From a virus: a stretch of DNA of 64,000 nucleotides. Positions 54,928-64,000 of the stretch are shown here, in pieces (position 1 is the stretch's first letter; each line of letters opens with the position of its first letter). The translations under genes and the position numbers were made by a program. The notes beneath the pieces are model-generated. The model was not told the origin of the DNA. It did not search any database and saw nothing but the letters and a program-made list of their open reading frames with translations. The stretch covers positions 40,171 to 104,170 of the IMG/VR virus record IMGVR_UViG_3300009506_000006. One strand, given 5' to 3'.

Positions 54928-57900
54928 TTATTTTATAGTTACTCCGTTAAATAGTACACCCGAGCTTGCTGAGTCCCACCACTCGCATGCTCCAGTATCG
55001 ATAGTGTGCCATGGTTCTTTACCGTAATAATCGGTTTGCCCCGAGATTCCGGTTGGGGTTCCAGCGTCAACGCTTGGATCGGTGGATGAATCGGAGCAGT
55101 AGTTCGAGTCAAGAGAAGGATTGGCGGATGCCTCGTCTGATACTATAATTTCAGCGGCACTTTCTCCGTTCCACGCGCTTATGGAAGTATAGTCCACAGA
55201 ATTTGATGTCCATTTGGGGCTGGCCATTCCATAATACAAATTGTGGTTGAACGTATTCGCCCCTCCGTCGCCAGCATCAGCATCCACAAAGACGTAGTAA
55301 TCCATCTTGTCGCCCCAGATGATATTATTTATGATGGTATTACTATCGGTCCCCGCGTCTGCGACCCTGATGCCATAGTCATCGTATCCAACACGTCTAT
55401 CAACTGTATAGATGATTGTATTATTTGCAATTATATTCGATGCATCCCGCAAATGAATTCCTGATACAGACGGGTTTTTAATTATATTTCCGTATACATT
55501 AAAATTCTGCGAATTAATGGTCAAACCATATCCATTGCCGACATGATCTACTACAGCACCTGGATTTTCAACATAATTCCTTGCAACCTCTCCTGACGTG
55601 GCATAAATCACAGATATTCCGCCTTCGCCGGAATTCACGACGCTGTTATCGGTTATATTTACCGTCCCGCCTTCTGTTTCTGATGCAGTCACAACTATTC
55701 CAAGATCACCGTAGCCTCCACTGCAAATATTTATTGTGTTATTTGTTACGGACACTGTCGGTGCTACGGTATTGGGACTAAGATCAAGATCGATGCAATC
55801 AGTACTATATGCAGGACAACTGCTGCCTTCCGTTGATATAGTGTTATTATTAACAGATATGGAAGTTATATTGCCTACTGACCATCCTTTAATAACGTAA
55901 TTGTTTCCCCAATCTCCAACAAAAGTATTGTTGTCTATTACTGCTGTGCCAGAATAGACAATAGCCATATTTCCATTATTGGTGAATGTGCTGTTCTTTA
56001 ATTGATGCCCAGTTCCATAAAACATTACTCCGTTATTTGTGTTTCCGGAAAATTCACACCCATCTATCACTACGTTTTCATGGGCAGCGTTCGAAAGGGA
56101 GACGGCGTAGTTTGTAGAATTCTTTATTGCACAGTCATTTAGTTCAAAATCATTTACCGGATCGACTGAAGCCGCGAACACCAGTGCCTGAGTGTTTGTC
56201 TTATTATTCGCATCGAACTCAATACCTTCGATATGCCAATAATCGCAACTGTTGAACGTAATAAAAGTTGTTCGGTCTGTGCTTAGTTTCAGAATGGGAC
56301 GTGCGCCAGATCCATATGTAGTAACAGTAATGGGATTTAGTGCTGTCCCGTCTTTATCCACATAAGCGTCGTAATCTTCAGTGAAGGTATCTCCCTTGTT
56401 GACATGAAGTTTATCCCCAGCACTTAATGCGTCAAATGCGTTGTGGAAATTGTTCCAGGCATATCCGGCACCTTCTCCGCAGAGCTGTCCTGTGCCGTCA
56501 CCATTGCTAGCGCAATATCGGAGATAATAAAGTGCCTGCCATTCGCAAGCACCAATATCAATAGTGTTTACAATCGGATTTTCATAGTAATCTGTCTGTC
56601 CACTGATTCCCGTTGGAGTGCCAGCATCAACACCGGGATCGGTGGGGGAGTCTGGGCAATAACCGGAAAGGGATGGATTGCTTAGAAATGAGTTGGTGGT
56701 ATCTTGGCTGCTTGCAGATTGCCACTCTGACAAATCGTCTATGTCAGTAGTCGCGCCCCAGGTCCAGTTATCGTCTCCATCTCCTCCGTAATAACCATTG
56801 GCATTGATGTTTCCTGCAGATGGCTGATGATTTGCGGAAGCTGCCGAAACGTATTGAGCATCTAAATCGCTGTCGTCTAAATAGACGATATTGTTTTTCG
56901 CAACCGTACTTGAACTTCCGTAAGATTCAAATTTAATTCCAACTTCGTATATGTTGATTAGAAGATTATTATATATCGACACCGCTCCAACATAGTAAGT
57001 TCCATTTTGTCCATATAAATCAAAGCCATTCGGTGCGCCATCCACTACGTTATTATGGAAGACGTTACCACTCATAATATCGCGGCCATTATCTAAATCA
57101 TAACAATACAGAACAAACCCTGCTTTCCGTGACGAAGCGGCTGCTTCAATCACGCTGGCTTTGTTTCTTCTCCAGATTCCATTTGTCCCACCAACTATCC
57201 AGAATCCACTTTTGCGAGCGTTAATAACCGTGTTGTCTTCTACAACCACTCCGGTTTGTGCAGCATCCAGGTCCGTAACGATCCCCGTATCACCACAATT
57301 TCCCGTAATGTTCACAGTGTTATTTTTGACGGTAAAACTTGTTGACGGCGTCTGCGAGACATTAAAAGATACTTCAATACCGTCGCAGTTCCCGTTAGGG
57401 CTTGACAGGTCGTTATCATCTAAGACAATTCCATTCCCGTATACCTGCGTCAGGTGGATGCCGTACCCACTGCAATCATAGCATGAATCATCTTGCGGAT
57501 CAGTTGTTGTCGCACTTCCGGTTATTGGGTCCGTAATTGTTTCAGCGTTATCGAATTCACCAGATTGACTTTTTAGATATAACGTCCCCGATGTTCCGTT
57601 ATCTACCTGCGCTACTATCGTAGCACTTGCTCCGGAAGAACTTCCGGTTACGGTTTGACCAACCGTAAAGTTTCCATTAGGTTCTTCCGCTTGCAATTCA
57701 AAAGCTAAAGACGAATACCAGCCCCATCCCGTAATTGTGTTTCCAATGACTGTGGTATTCGGGACGTTGCCACTTAATACAATGCCTTTGCCGCAATCCG
57801 TGGCAATATTGTTGCTGACTGTGGCACTGCTTGCCATATTTTGAAGACGCGCACCCTGCAAGCAATTCGTGAACTGGTTATCGTCTATCAGGTTTGTGCC

Positions 57901-58401
57901 GCCCCCTGTGGCTGTAATTGCCAGAGCGTAGGCATACCCGACATAGAAATTCTGAAACGTACAACTCTGGACCGTAACATTGCTGGTCGTTCCAGTTATA
58001 ATCAGGCCCTGTCCATTTCCGCCGGTTATACCCGATCCATCAAACGTGACATTATCCCAAATCGTGGTGGTTCTGTTTGTAACTTGAGCCGTATAATTAA
58101 TGCTTCCAACTCCACTGATCTGCCCATTTTGCCATTTTTGATTATTAGCCTGGACGGTCAAGATAGAATCGGCATCAAGTTCTACTCCAGAATAGGTACA
58201 ATCACATAGATCAAAAACATTATCTGCCCCGAGTGTTGAGGATACTGCTTCTAAATCGGTCGCTCCAGTCCACGAACCTTCGTAAGAGCATGACGTGCTG
58301 TTATACTCAACGTTGCTTGCGCCGTCGCGGATATAGTATGTCGCTCCCCACCCATTAGCGGCAAATAGCAGGATACCTAATATGTAGATATATTTTCTCA
58401 A
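54928..58401 (-). CDS. Exported right-handed beta-helix protein, two tandem modules
   Basis: Signal peptide; many PbH1-like (I/V)xNN repeats; each half ends in NP.L...DAGTPTGISGQTDYY...IDxGACEW. Confidence 0.8.
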   Translation of the reverse strand: MRKYIYILGILLFAANGWGATYYIRDGASNVEYNSTSCSYEGSWTGATDLEAVSSTLGADNVFDLCDCTYSGVELDADSILTVQANNQKWQNGQISGVGSINYTAQVTNRTTTIWDNVTFDGSGITGGNGQGLIITGTTSNVTVQSCTFQNFYVGYAYALAITATGGGTNLIDDNQFTNCLQGARLQNMASSATVSNNIATDCGKGIVLSGNVPNTTVIGNTITGWGWYSSLAFELQAEEPNGNFTVGQTVTGSSSGASATIVAQVDNGTSGTLYLKSQSGEFDNAETITDPITGSATTTDPQDDSCYDCSGYGIHLTQVYGNGIVLDDNDLSSPNGNCDGIEVSFNVSQTPSTSFTVKNNTVNITGNCGDTGIVTDLDAAQTGVVVEDNTVINARKSGFWIVGGTNGIWRRNKASVIEAAASSRKAGFVLYCYDLDNGRDIMSGNVFHNNVVDGAPNGFDLYGQNGTYYVGAVSIYNNLLINIYEVGIKFESYGSSSTVAKNNIVYLDDSDLDAQYVSAASANHQPSAGNINANGYYGGDGDDNWTWGATTDIDDLSEWQSASSQDTTNSFLSNPSLSGYCPDSPTDPGVDAGTPTGISGQTDYYENPIVNTIDIGACEWQALYYLRYCASNGDGTGQLCGEGAGYAWNNFHNAFDALSAGDKLHVNKGDTFTEDYDAYVDKDGTALNPITVTTYGSGARPILKLSTDRTTFITFNSCDYWHIEGIEFDANNKTNTQALVFAASVDPVNDFELNDCAIKNSTNYAVSLSNAAHENVVIDGCEFSGNTNNGVMFYGTGHQLKNSTFTNNGNMAIVYSGTAVIDNNTFVGDWGNNYVIKGWSVGNITSISVNNNTISTEGSSCPAYSTDCIDLDLSPNTVAPTVSVTNNTINICSGGYGDLGIVVTASETEGGTVNITDNSVVNSGEGGISVIYATSGEVARNYVENPGAVVDHVGNGYGLTINSQNFNVYGNIIKNPSVSGIHLRDASNIIANNTIIYTVDRRVGYDDYGIRVADAGTDSNTIINNIIWGDKMDYYVFVDADAGDGGANTFNHNLYYGMASPKWTSNSVDYTSISAWNGESAAEIIVSDEASANPSLDSNYCSDSSTDPSVDAGTPTGISGQTDYYGKEPWHTIDTGACEWWDSASSGVLFNGVTIK

Positions 58402-58460
58402 TTACTCGTAACTCCTGTTCGATATATACCGGTCATGGTTGCAGGAATTGGAGGTTCACC
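58385..58460. repeat. 76-bp direct repeat, copy 1
   Basis: One mismatch versus 60112..60187. Confidence 0.95.
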
Positions 58461-60128
58461 GTCTCCTGGGTTTCCTTCAATGACTCCTTCTATCGCAGCA
58501 TTGAGCAAGTCTATATCTGCGCCCAAGTCCTCGCTATCCGTTCCAGCGTTCAGATAGGGACTACCACTGTCTAAATGGTAATCACCACTGCCATCCGCCT
58601 GATAATTCACAAATTGAATTGCAGCGACATTTTCTGGTGTTGTAACTCCTTGTGATGGATAACCCGATGCAGGCCATCCAACAGCGGCATTTTTTGTGCA
58701 TGACCAACCAGAATCCTGGCCACCGGGATAGGCAGCGTTCAGTGAAGCAGTCCCAGCAACCGAACCGTCTGCTTTGATCCCGTACGTACCCATATCTACG
58801 GTAATGTTATTAATAAAATCAAAACCATCAGCGCTGCTCTCATAAAGATACACCAAACGATTGCCGACATCATTGATGACCGTATTATGGTTTACGATTG
58901 TATCATTCACAGTCAGATTTTGTAAAAATATTCCGTTGCCGAGTGAGGTATTAATCATAAAAAGATTGTCGTGAAAATTAACACGTTCCATCGCTACCGA
59001 CGTATACGCGCCGGCCTTTGGTGTTATGTTAATTCCAAAACTCACATTAAGAATCTTGTTATATCGTATTGTCCAATCAGCAGATTCGGCCCAGTTATTG
59101 TTTCCTCCTTGATTTTCGCTTTTAAGGCGTATCGCATTATCCTGCACGTCAGCCCAGCAATTCTGGATGACGTTTCCTTCCACCAAGACCCTCTTGGCCA
59201 TTTTGCTTTCAATGACATTTACGCAATTCCAGTGCGCTCCATCCCACGACAGACGCTTGAATAAATAATTTTTTGTTATCGTAATATCAGATGGAATCAA
59301 GTCTGAGGCTTGGTTATCGGCTCCACCAAAAAAGATATTCATGCCACAAGCCTCAATAAAATTATTATAGATCAAAATCGGTCCGGATGTATTATATGCC
59401 CACACGCCCTGATTATCCACATCCGCTTTGATATTATCTATATAGCAGTTTATAACCGCTCCATAGGACACATCGAAACCCAAAGCTCGGGTTGTATAAT
59501 ACTCCTCATCAAGAGCGTGAAAATAGCATCTATCTATTGTTATATAGGTAGATTGGTTCGAAGAAGTTGTATTATTAAAACCCATCCACACCAGACTTGA
59601 ATGGGATGAACTTCCTGGGGGCATAAAAGCGATACCTACTAATCGGTAGTGGTGTGAATTTAGGGCAGAAGTCATGCATTTATACCCAGAGCTTCCGGAA
59701 GTTGGTTTTATGGTTGGCATATTAGACACATCGGAAGGGGAAACCCGTACTCCTTCTCCCGGCAAACTCGCAAGAGCGCTCGATATTATGTAGATCCATC
59801 CTGAACCAGAACTTTTGTTTGGCAGAACATAGCCATTGTCAGATGCTGGCGCTGTATAGCTCGATCCGGCTGTCAGAATTATAACATCATTTAATTCCGA
59901 ATTTGTCAGAGCATATAAAAAACTGCACCCCGTTCTATTGCCTTCTCCGGTGCCAGGCACACTACTACTTGACGTATTAGAGGCTGTCCAGGTGTTTCCA
60001 GTGGGCAATGAATATGTTGTATTCACTTCCAATTGCGGAAGTGTTGCAGAAGTCGCTGTTGCAGCACTGGATATACTTGGAAAGACTAATACAATTATAA
60101 AAAGTAATGTATAGATATATTTTCTCAA
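58398..60128 (-). CDS. Exported right-handed beta-helix (pectin-lyase fold) protein
   Basis: Signal peptide; ITIDRCYFH, ILIYNNFIE, ITITKNYL; GDYHLDSGSPYLNAG...GAD; tail PATMTGIYRTGVTSN. Confidence 0.8.
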   Translation of the reverse strand: MRKYIYTLLFIIVLVFPSISSAATATSATLPQLEVNTTYSLPTGNTWTASNTSSSSVPGTGEGNRTGCSFLYALTNSELNDVIILTAGSSYTAPASDNGYVLPNKSSGSGWIYIISSALASLPGEGVRVSPSDVSNMPTIKPTSGSSGYKCMTSALNSHHYRLVGIAFMPPGSSSHSSLVWMGFNNTTSSNQSTYITIDRCYFHALDEEYYTTRALGFDVSYGAVINCYIDNIKADVDNQGVWAYNTSGPILIYNNFIEACGMNIFFGGADNQASDLIPSDITITKNYLFKRLSWDGAHWNCVNVIESKMAKRVLVEGNVIQNCWADVQDNAIRLKSENQGGNNNWAESADWTIRYNKILNVSFGINITPKAGAYTSVAMERVNFHDNLFMINTSLGNGIFLQNLTVNDTIVNHNTVINDVGNRLVYLYESSADGFDFINNITVDMGTYGIKADGSVAGTASLNAAYPGGQDSGWSCTKNAAVGWPASGYPSQGVTTPENVAAIQFVNYQADGSGDYHLDSGSPYLNAGTDSEDLGADIDLLNAAIEGVIEGNPGDGEPPIPATMTGIYRTGVTSN

Positions 60129-60187
60129 TTACTCGTAACTCCTGTTCGATATATACCGGTCATGGTTGCAGGAGTTGGAGGTTCACC
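60112..60187. repeat. 76-bp direct repeat, copy 2
   Basis: One mismatch versus 58385..58460. Confidence 0.95.
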
Positions 60188-61921
60188 ACTTGTATATTCG
60201 TATGCTCCGATATCTGGATTGGAACCCACGAGTAATATTGTGTCGTAATCATTGAACGAGGCATAGAGGGTCACTGCCGCACCGTTGGACCACGCGCTGA
60301 GGGAAGTATCTAATGACAGGGTTCCGGCCGGTTCGGTGCCGTAGCTTATTCCGGTGATCTTCGCTGTTTCTATTCCACTATTTGTTATCACCGCAATTTT
60401 GTCACCGACCCCATAAGAGGTGCCGAACTTAGAGTTCCACTCAGTCGCCCAATATGAATACCAGAAAAATCGAGCATCAGCTACCGCAATGCTCGATCCG
60501 GATGATGCACTCGTCGCGGTCGTTAGCCATCTTCCGGCATTTATCAAACAAGAGGAAGATTGTAGCGTAAAATCTGGAGCATCGGGGTCAGTATCAGGAT
60601 CTACAAATTTAGGATCGAGTCCCGAACATCCAGTTGAATTGTGAATGTTCTGGCTCCATGCTGATGGATAACTACTTTCTACTGATGCCACCGTGACCAT
60701 TTCATTCGCATTTATAATTGCTCCGCCGTCCTGCCATCCACTACTATACCCCATAAAGAAATTATTTTTAAACTCGCTCTCTCCGAGACTATCGGGATAA
60801 TGCAATGTAACCTCTCCAGCATCCCAATCGTCTCCATAGTGTTGTGAGTTTTTGGCCCATACGTTATTATAAAATTTGTGGTAAATAGTTATATTGTTAT
60901 TCCAAAAATGTAGGCCTGCTTGGTCATTGTACCAAAATATGTTATTATACCACCTGTTGGATTCTCCTGTGTATTGATCACAGCCATAAGATCCGTTATC
61001 ACTTCCCCCATAAAAATCCTGTGAGCAGTGATGGCCGACATTGTAGCGAATAACATCATGAGACGATCCATAAATTAATATTGGAGATTTTTGATGGTTT
61101 ACCGGACCCTGGTTCATTCCAGTACCGATATTTCGTTCAACCAGAGTTTCATCGGCTTCTATGCTACTCAGATAGCCAATGCCATAACTCACATTATTGG
61201 CTATCACCTCATTATTAATTCCCGCGCTGCCACTCCCATATATACTGATATTGTCGTGACAGCCTTTTGATAAAGTGTTATTTGATATGCGCGAATATCT
61301 GCCAAACACTGATATGCCATAGCCAGTGTATCCATCTACGTCGCAGATCCCAACACCTTCCACTTCGTTGTCGTGAACATATGAATAGTCCCCAAAGATG
61401 CAGATGGCAGATTGTACCCATGTAAATGACCAACTATCATTTACACCAATAACCGCACAGTTTTTTATCTCTATATAATCTCCATTGCCATTGGCGTAAA
61501 TTCCATAACCAGTTTTGTTTGTACCAGTAGGTCTAAGTTCAATTCCGTCTATTACCCAATATGCGTTCTGGATATTAAATACTCCATCATATGTCCCGCC
61601 AGTACTCATGGTCCTAAATATAGGAGGGCCATAGGTTTCGGTTTGCCATGCTTGGATCGTTATTCTATTGACGGCGGTTCCGCTTGCAGCCGAAGTAAAT
61701 TTATCAGTAGTATCGGTATATACCCCACCCCTTACATGCAGCGTTTCCCCTGCACTGAGAAGCGAATCCACATAACCGAGCGTCAGACACGGATTCGCAG
61801 AATTTTGGCAATCGTTTTCAGTATCCGTGCCGATCGGAGACATGTATATGTCATTCTGCGCGAAAACGCGTAGTGACAATAGTAGAAAAATTAGAAAGAT
61901 AAAAATTATGATTTTTTTCAT
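60125..61921 (-). CDS. Exported right-handed beta-helix protein (DUF1565-like N-terminus)
   Basis: Signal peptide; IYMSPIGTD..DC...NPCLT...GETLHVRGG; tail PATMTGIYRTGVTSN. Confidence 0.8.
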   Translation of the reverse strand: MKKIIIFIFLIFLLLSLRVFAQNDIYMSPIGTDTENDCQNSANPCLTLGYVDSLLSAGETLHVRGGVYTDTTDKFTSAASGTAVNRITIQAWQTETYGPPIFRTMSTGGTYDGVFNIQNAYWVIDGIELRPTGTNKTGYGIYANGNGDYIEIKNCAVIGVNDSWSFTWVQSAICIFGDYSYVHDNEVEGVGICDVDGYTGYGISVFGRYSRISNNTLSKGCHDNISIYGSGSAGINNEVIANNVSYGIGYLSSIEADETLVERNIGTGMNQGPVNHQKSPILIYGSSHDVIRYNVGHHCSQDFYGGSDNGSYGCDQYTGESNRWYNNIFWYNDQAGLHFWNNNITIYHKFYNNVWAKNSQHYGDDWDAGEVTLHYPDSLGESEFKNNFFMGYSSGWQDGGAIINANEMVTVASVESSYPSAWSQNIHNSTGCSGLDPKFVDPDTDPDAPDFTLQSSSCLINAGRWLTTATSASSGSSIAVADARFFWYSYWATEWNSKFGTSYGVGDKIAVITNSGIETAKITGISYGTEPAGTLSLDTSLSAWSNGAAVTLYASFNDYDTILLVGSNPDIGAYEYTSGEPPTPATMTGIYRTGVTSN

Positions 61922-62541
61922 TGCAAGGTATACAAGGTAAATTGAGCATCACGATCTTGGTCTACACCACCGTAAAATGCGTCGTACGCTGTGGTAGCAT
62001 AGCAAGTCGTGGTTAGCGTTGAGTTCCAAAGCAATTCGGCTGGGCTTGCAAATGCCGTTACTAAATGGATGAAATAATTTCCGCTTGGGTCCGGATATTC
62101 GTGTCCCGTTGTATTATCCCAAGTAAAGACTTTTTCTGTGCAAGGACTTCCGTTGCTTACATCTATATCATTGCTATTTCCTCCATATTTAGTCCCTGTC
62201 GCGTTAATATCGGACCATATTTCTATGTGAGTAGTTATCGTTGATTCGTAGTAGCTTGCGAGCCAATAAGTAATTTTACAAATTTGTATGGCACTTGCGT
62301 TGTTTATTGCCTGTCCCTTTGGTAATGCACCGCCTCGTTCTCCGCTTGATCCACAACCCGACGCATCGATGAGTAGGGTACAGGTTAGCTCTGGTTCTCC
62401 GCCAGGGGGAGGACCTGTTATCAGAATAAACGCAGCAGCGTTCGGGGTTAATGCTGGCAGCTTGTCGGGTGGAGGACTGTAGCCAAGCGCAAACCCGGTT
62501 ATCGCACAGACAAAATAGAATATTAAGATTTTCTTTAGCAT
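61918..62541 (-). CDS. Exported hypothetical protein
   Basis: MLKKILIFYFVCAITGFA signal; Pro-rich linker; Cys pairs. Confidence 0.7.
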   Translation of the reverse strand: MLKKILIFYFVCAITGFALGYSPPPDKLPALTPNAAAFILITGPPPGGEPELTCTLLIDASGCGSSGERGGALPKGQAINNASAIQICKITYWLASYYESTITTHIEIWSDINATGTKYGGNSNDIDVSNGSPCTEKVFTWDNTTGHEYPDPSGNYFIHLVTAFASPAELLWNSTLTTTCYATTAYDAFYGGVDQDRDAQFTLYTLQ

Positions 62542-62930
62542 TACGGCACCTCAATCGTAATGACGGTCGGTTTGGTAGGTCGGATATACATAACCGATGG
62601 CAAGGTGTCAGCTGGAGGGCTATACGGTGTGCCATCTCGCGTCCACAGCAAACGATTTGATCTTTCGCTTTCACCGTAACTGTTATAGGCGGTCATTTCA
62701 AAAGAGTATTCAACGCCCTGCGCAAAGTACTGCTCTGCCATTGCCATTGTTCTTTCCGTTCCGACGTTTATCGTCTTGTTGTAAACCGTTGTCGGCTGAT
62801 TTGTCTGCCAGAAGTATAGCGTGAAACCGGCTACGTTTTGGCCATCGTGGTCCCAAGTAAAGGTTACGTCCGCTGCCTGCGCCGTAAATGTGCAAGCGAT
62901 GATTGCCAATGTAATAAGTAGTTTTTTCAT
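62541..62930 (-). CDS. Exported fibronectin type III-like protein
   Basis: Signal peptide; VTFTWD...GFTLY...YSFEMTAYNSYGESERSN. Confidence 0.8.
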   Translation of the reverse strand: MKKLLITLAIIACTFTAQAADVTFTWDHDGQNVAGFTLYFWQTNQPTTVYNKTINVGTERTMAMAEQYFAQGVEYSFEMTAYNSYGESERSNRLLWTRDGTPYSPPADTLPSVMYIRPTKPTVITIEVP

Positions 62931-62932
62931 GT

Positions 62933-64000
62933 TTAATCATCCTCATCCATGTCGTCAATCTTATACATAATTTTGATGCCTGTGACTTCTACATCGTTGG
63001 TGTCTGTATCTGTATCAGCATTCCTGTTTACGTAGACAAGCAAAGTATCACCGCCTGCTCCGCTAAGTGCTTCATCGATTGTGATTTCTGTGTAATATGT
63101 ATCATATTGCGACTCTGATGCTCCGAAGGTAGTAGTCGCTGAGTCGGCAGTTGTCCATGTATTGTCTACTTGATCCCCATTCCCACGGGCTTGAAGCTTG
63201 GCCTGGAAAATAACGGTTTGCGTATTCGTTCCAGCTGTTGTTGCAATCCAATGGACACCTACCTTCATTGCACTAGCTGTCCCGCCTTCCCAGTTTTCGG
63301 GCATCGGGATGGCGATTTCCATCGTTCCATCAGTAGCTCCGTCACATGTGCATGCGTAGAGATTGGGTCCGCTATTGATTTGATGTGCTGCCGGATCTTC
63401 GCAATTCGTGCCGTCTGCAATCAAAGCACCGGCTGAAACGGCAATTGACCTCCAAGATTTTTGGGTTGCAAGCACACTATCTATGGCAGTCGTCAGCAGC
63501 GTTGGGTTATAGTTGGTGTCGTCCGCATAAAGAATATATCCGGCAGTGTTTGTATTCATATACAAATCATCGCCAGATATTCTAAAATCATTGTTTAGGG
63601 TTAGTATATTTTCTCCGTTGTTTACTTGGAGTATGGAAGTAGTATCGTCCGCAGAATCTGAAATACTTAAGGTTGCGCCGTTATGAAGCGCAAGATCGAT
63701 TGCCAAGCTTGCGCTGCCAAGATGGATATCATTCAAATCTCCAAGAGCCGTCATTGTCATGTATGCTTGATAAGTCGGCGTGTCTGCAGATCTGAGGTAG
63801 AATGTTAACGTACCTTCATCACTATCGTTATTCCCAATAAGATAAGCTCCGATATCGTTTCCTTGATCACTGTCTTTGAAGTTAACTGTCGGTGTTGCTC
63901 CGATAATATCAATATCCATCGTAAAATCCGGAGACGTCCCGAAGACCAATGCTCCCGTTCCAGTTTCTCCGGTAACAGCGGAAGCCAGATTAGCGCTGGA
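62933..64000 (-). CDS. Fibre-like virion protein, C-terminal part (starts beyond right edge)
   Basis: Frame open to 64000: SSANLASAVTGETGTGALVFGTSP, a motif common in phage fibre-like proteins. Confidence 0.7.
   Translation of the reverse strand, partial: SSANLASAVTGETGTGALVFGTSPDFTMDIDIIGATPTVNFKDSDQGNDIGAYLIGNNDSDEGTLTFYLRSADTPTYQAYMTMTALGDLNDIHLGSASLAIDLALHNGATLSISDSADDTTSILQVNNGENILTLNNDFRISGDDLYMNTNTAGYILYADDTNYNPTLLTTAIDSVLATQKSWRSIAVSAGALIADGTNCEDPAAHQINSGPNLYACTCDGATDGTMEIAIPMPENWEGGTASAMKVGVHWIATTAGTNTQTVIFQAKLQARGNGDQVDNTWTTADSATTTFGASESQYDTYYTEITIDEALSGAGGDTLLVYVNRNADTDTDTNDVEVTGIKIMYKIDDMDEDD

Noticed and set aside
58385-60187. Diversity-generating retroelement TR/VR pair
   Set aside because: Only one mismatch, both copies are coding, and there is no reverse transcriptase in the window
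598-63585. Numerous plus-strand ORFs in the track (e.g. 598..1023, 3106..3795, 24149..24742, 37727..38281)
   Set aside because: They are antisense shadows of well-supported minus-strand genes, with no motifs or RBS; only cI, xis and int are credible on the plus strand
1-64000. Genome-wide stop-codon reassignment (prompted by the in-frame TGA at 3257)
   Set aside because: Many genes end cleanly in TGA, TAA or TAG with tight overlaps, and long ORFs are intact under the standard code
1-64000. CRISPR array or mini-array
   Set aside because: No regularly spaced identical repeats with unique spacers; the repeats at 51.4-53.0 kb are coding and degenerate

Overview
The window is the central ~64 kb of a temperate, long non-contractile-tailed (lambda-like siphovirus) phage genome, and almost all genes lie on the minus strand. 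From left to right it holds: (1) a replication/early region (UvrD-like helicase cut by the left edge, AT-rich putative origin, AEP/RepB-type primase, MazG-like protein, SSB-like protein, SNF2 helicase) containing a 10-member family of small CCHC zinc-finger paralogs; (2) a cro/cI switch, excisionase and tyrosine integrase; (3) two atypical tRNAs, a tRNA-like RNA, and an intact attP (3' half of tRNA-Lys-CTT with arm repeats on both sides, so this is the excised form); (4) an AT-rich accessory block with a second paralog family and a mini-SRAP; (5) a holin cassette with no recognisable endolysin; (6) tail tip, tape measure, frameshifted chaperones and tail tube; (7) neck and adaptor genes. Two large insertions interrupt the structural operon. 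One encodes an exported ClpP-like peptidase coupled to a MotA/MotB-like module, plus two sulfotransferases, a radical SAM enzyme, a methyltransferase and a double-GT/TPR glycosyltransferase. The other encodes a GT-methyltransferase fusion, a ~34-repeat protein, a second exported ClpP-like protein and an array of signal-peptide beta-helix proteins, two of which share a C-terminal tag. A 17-bp operator palindrome (TCTTAC-N5-GTAAGA) recurs in promoters across the genome. All family calls come from motif recognition, not database searches.
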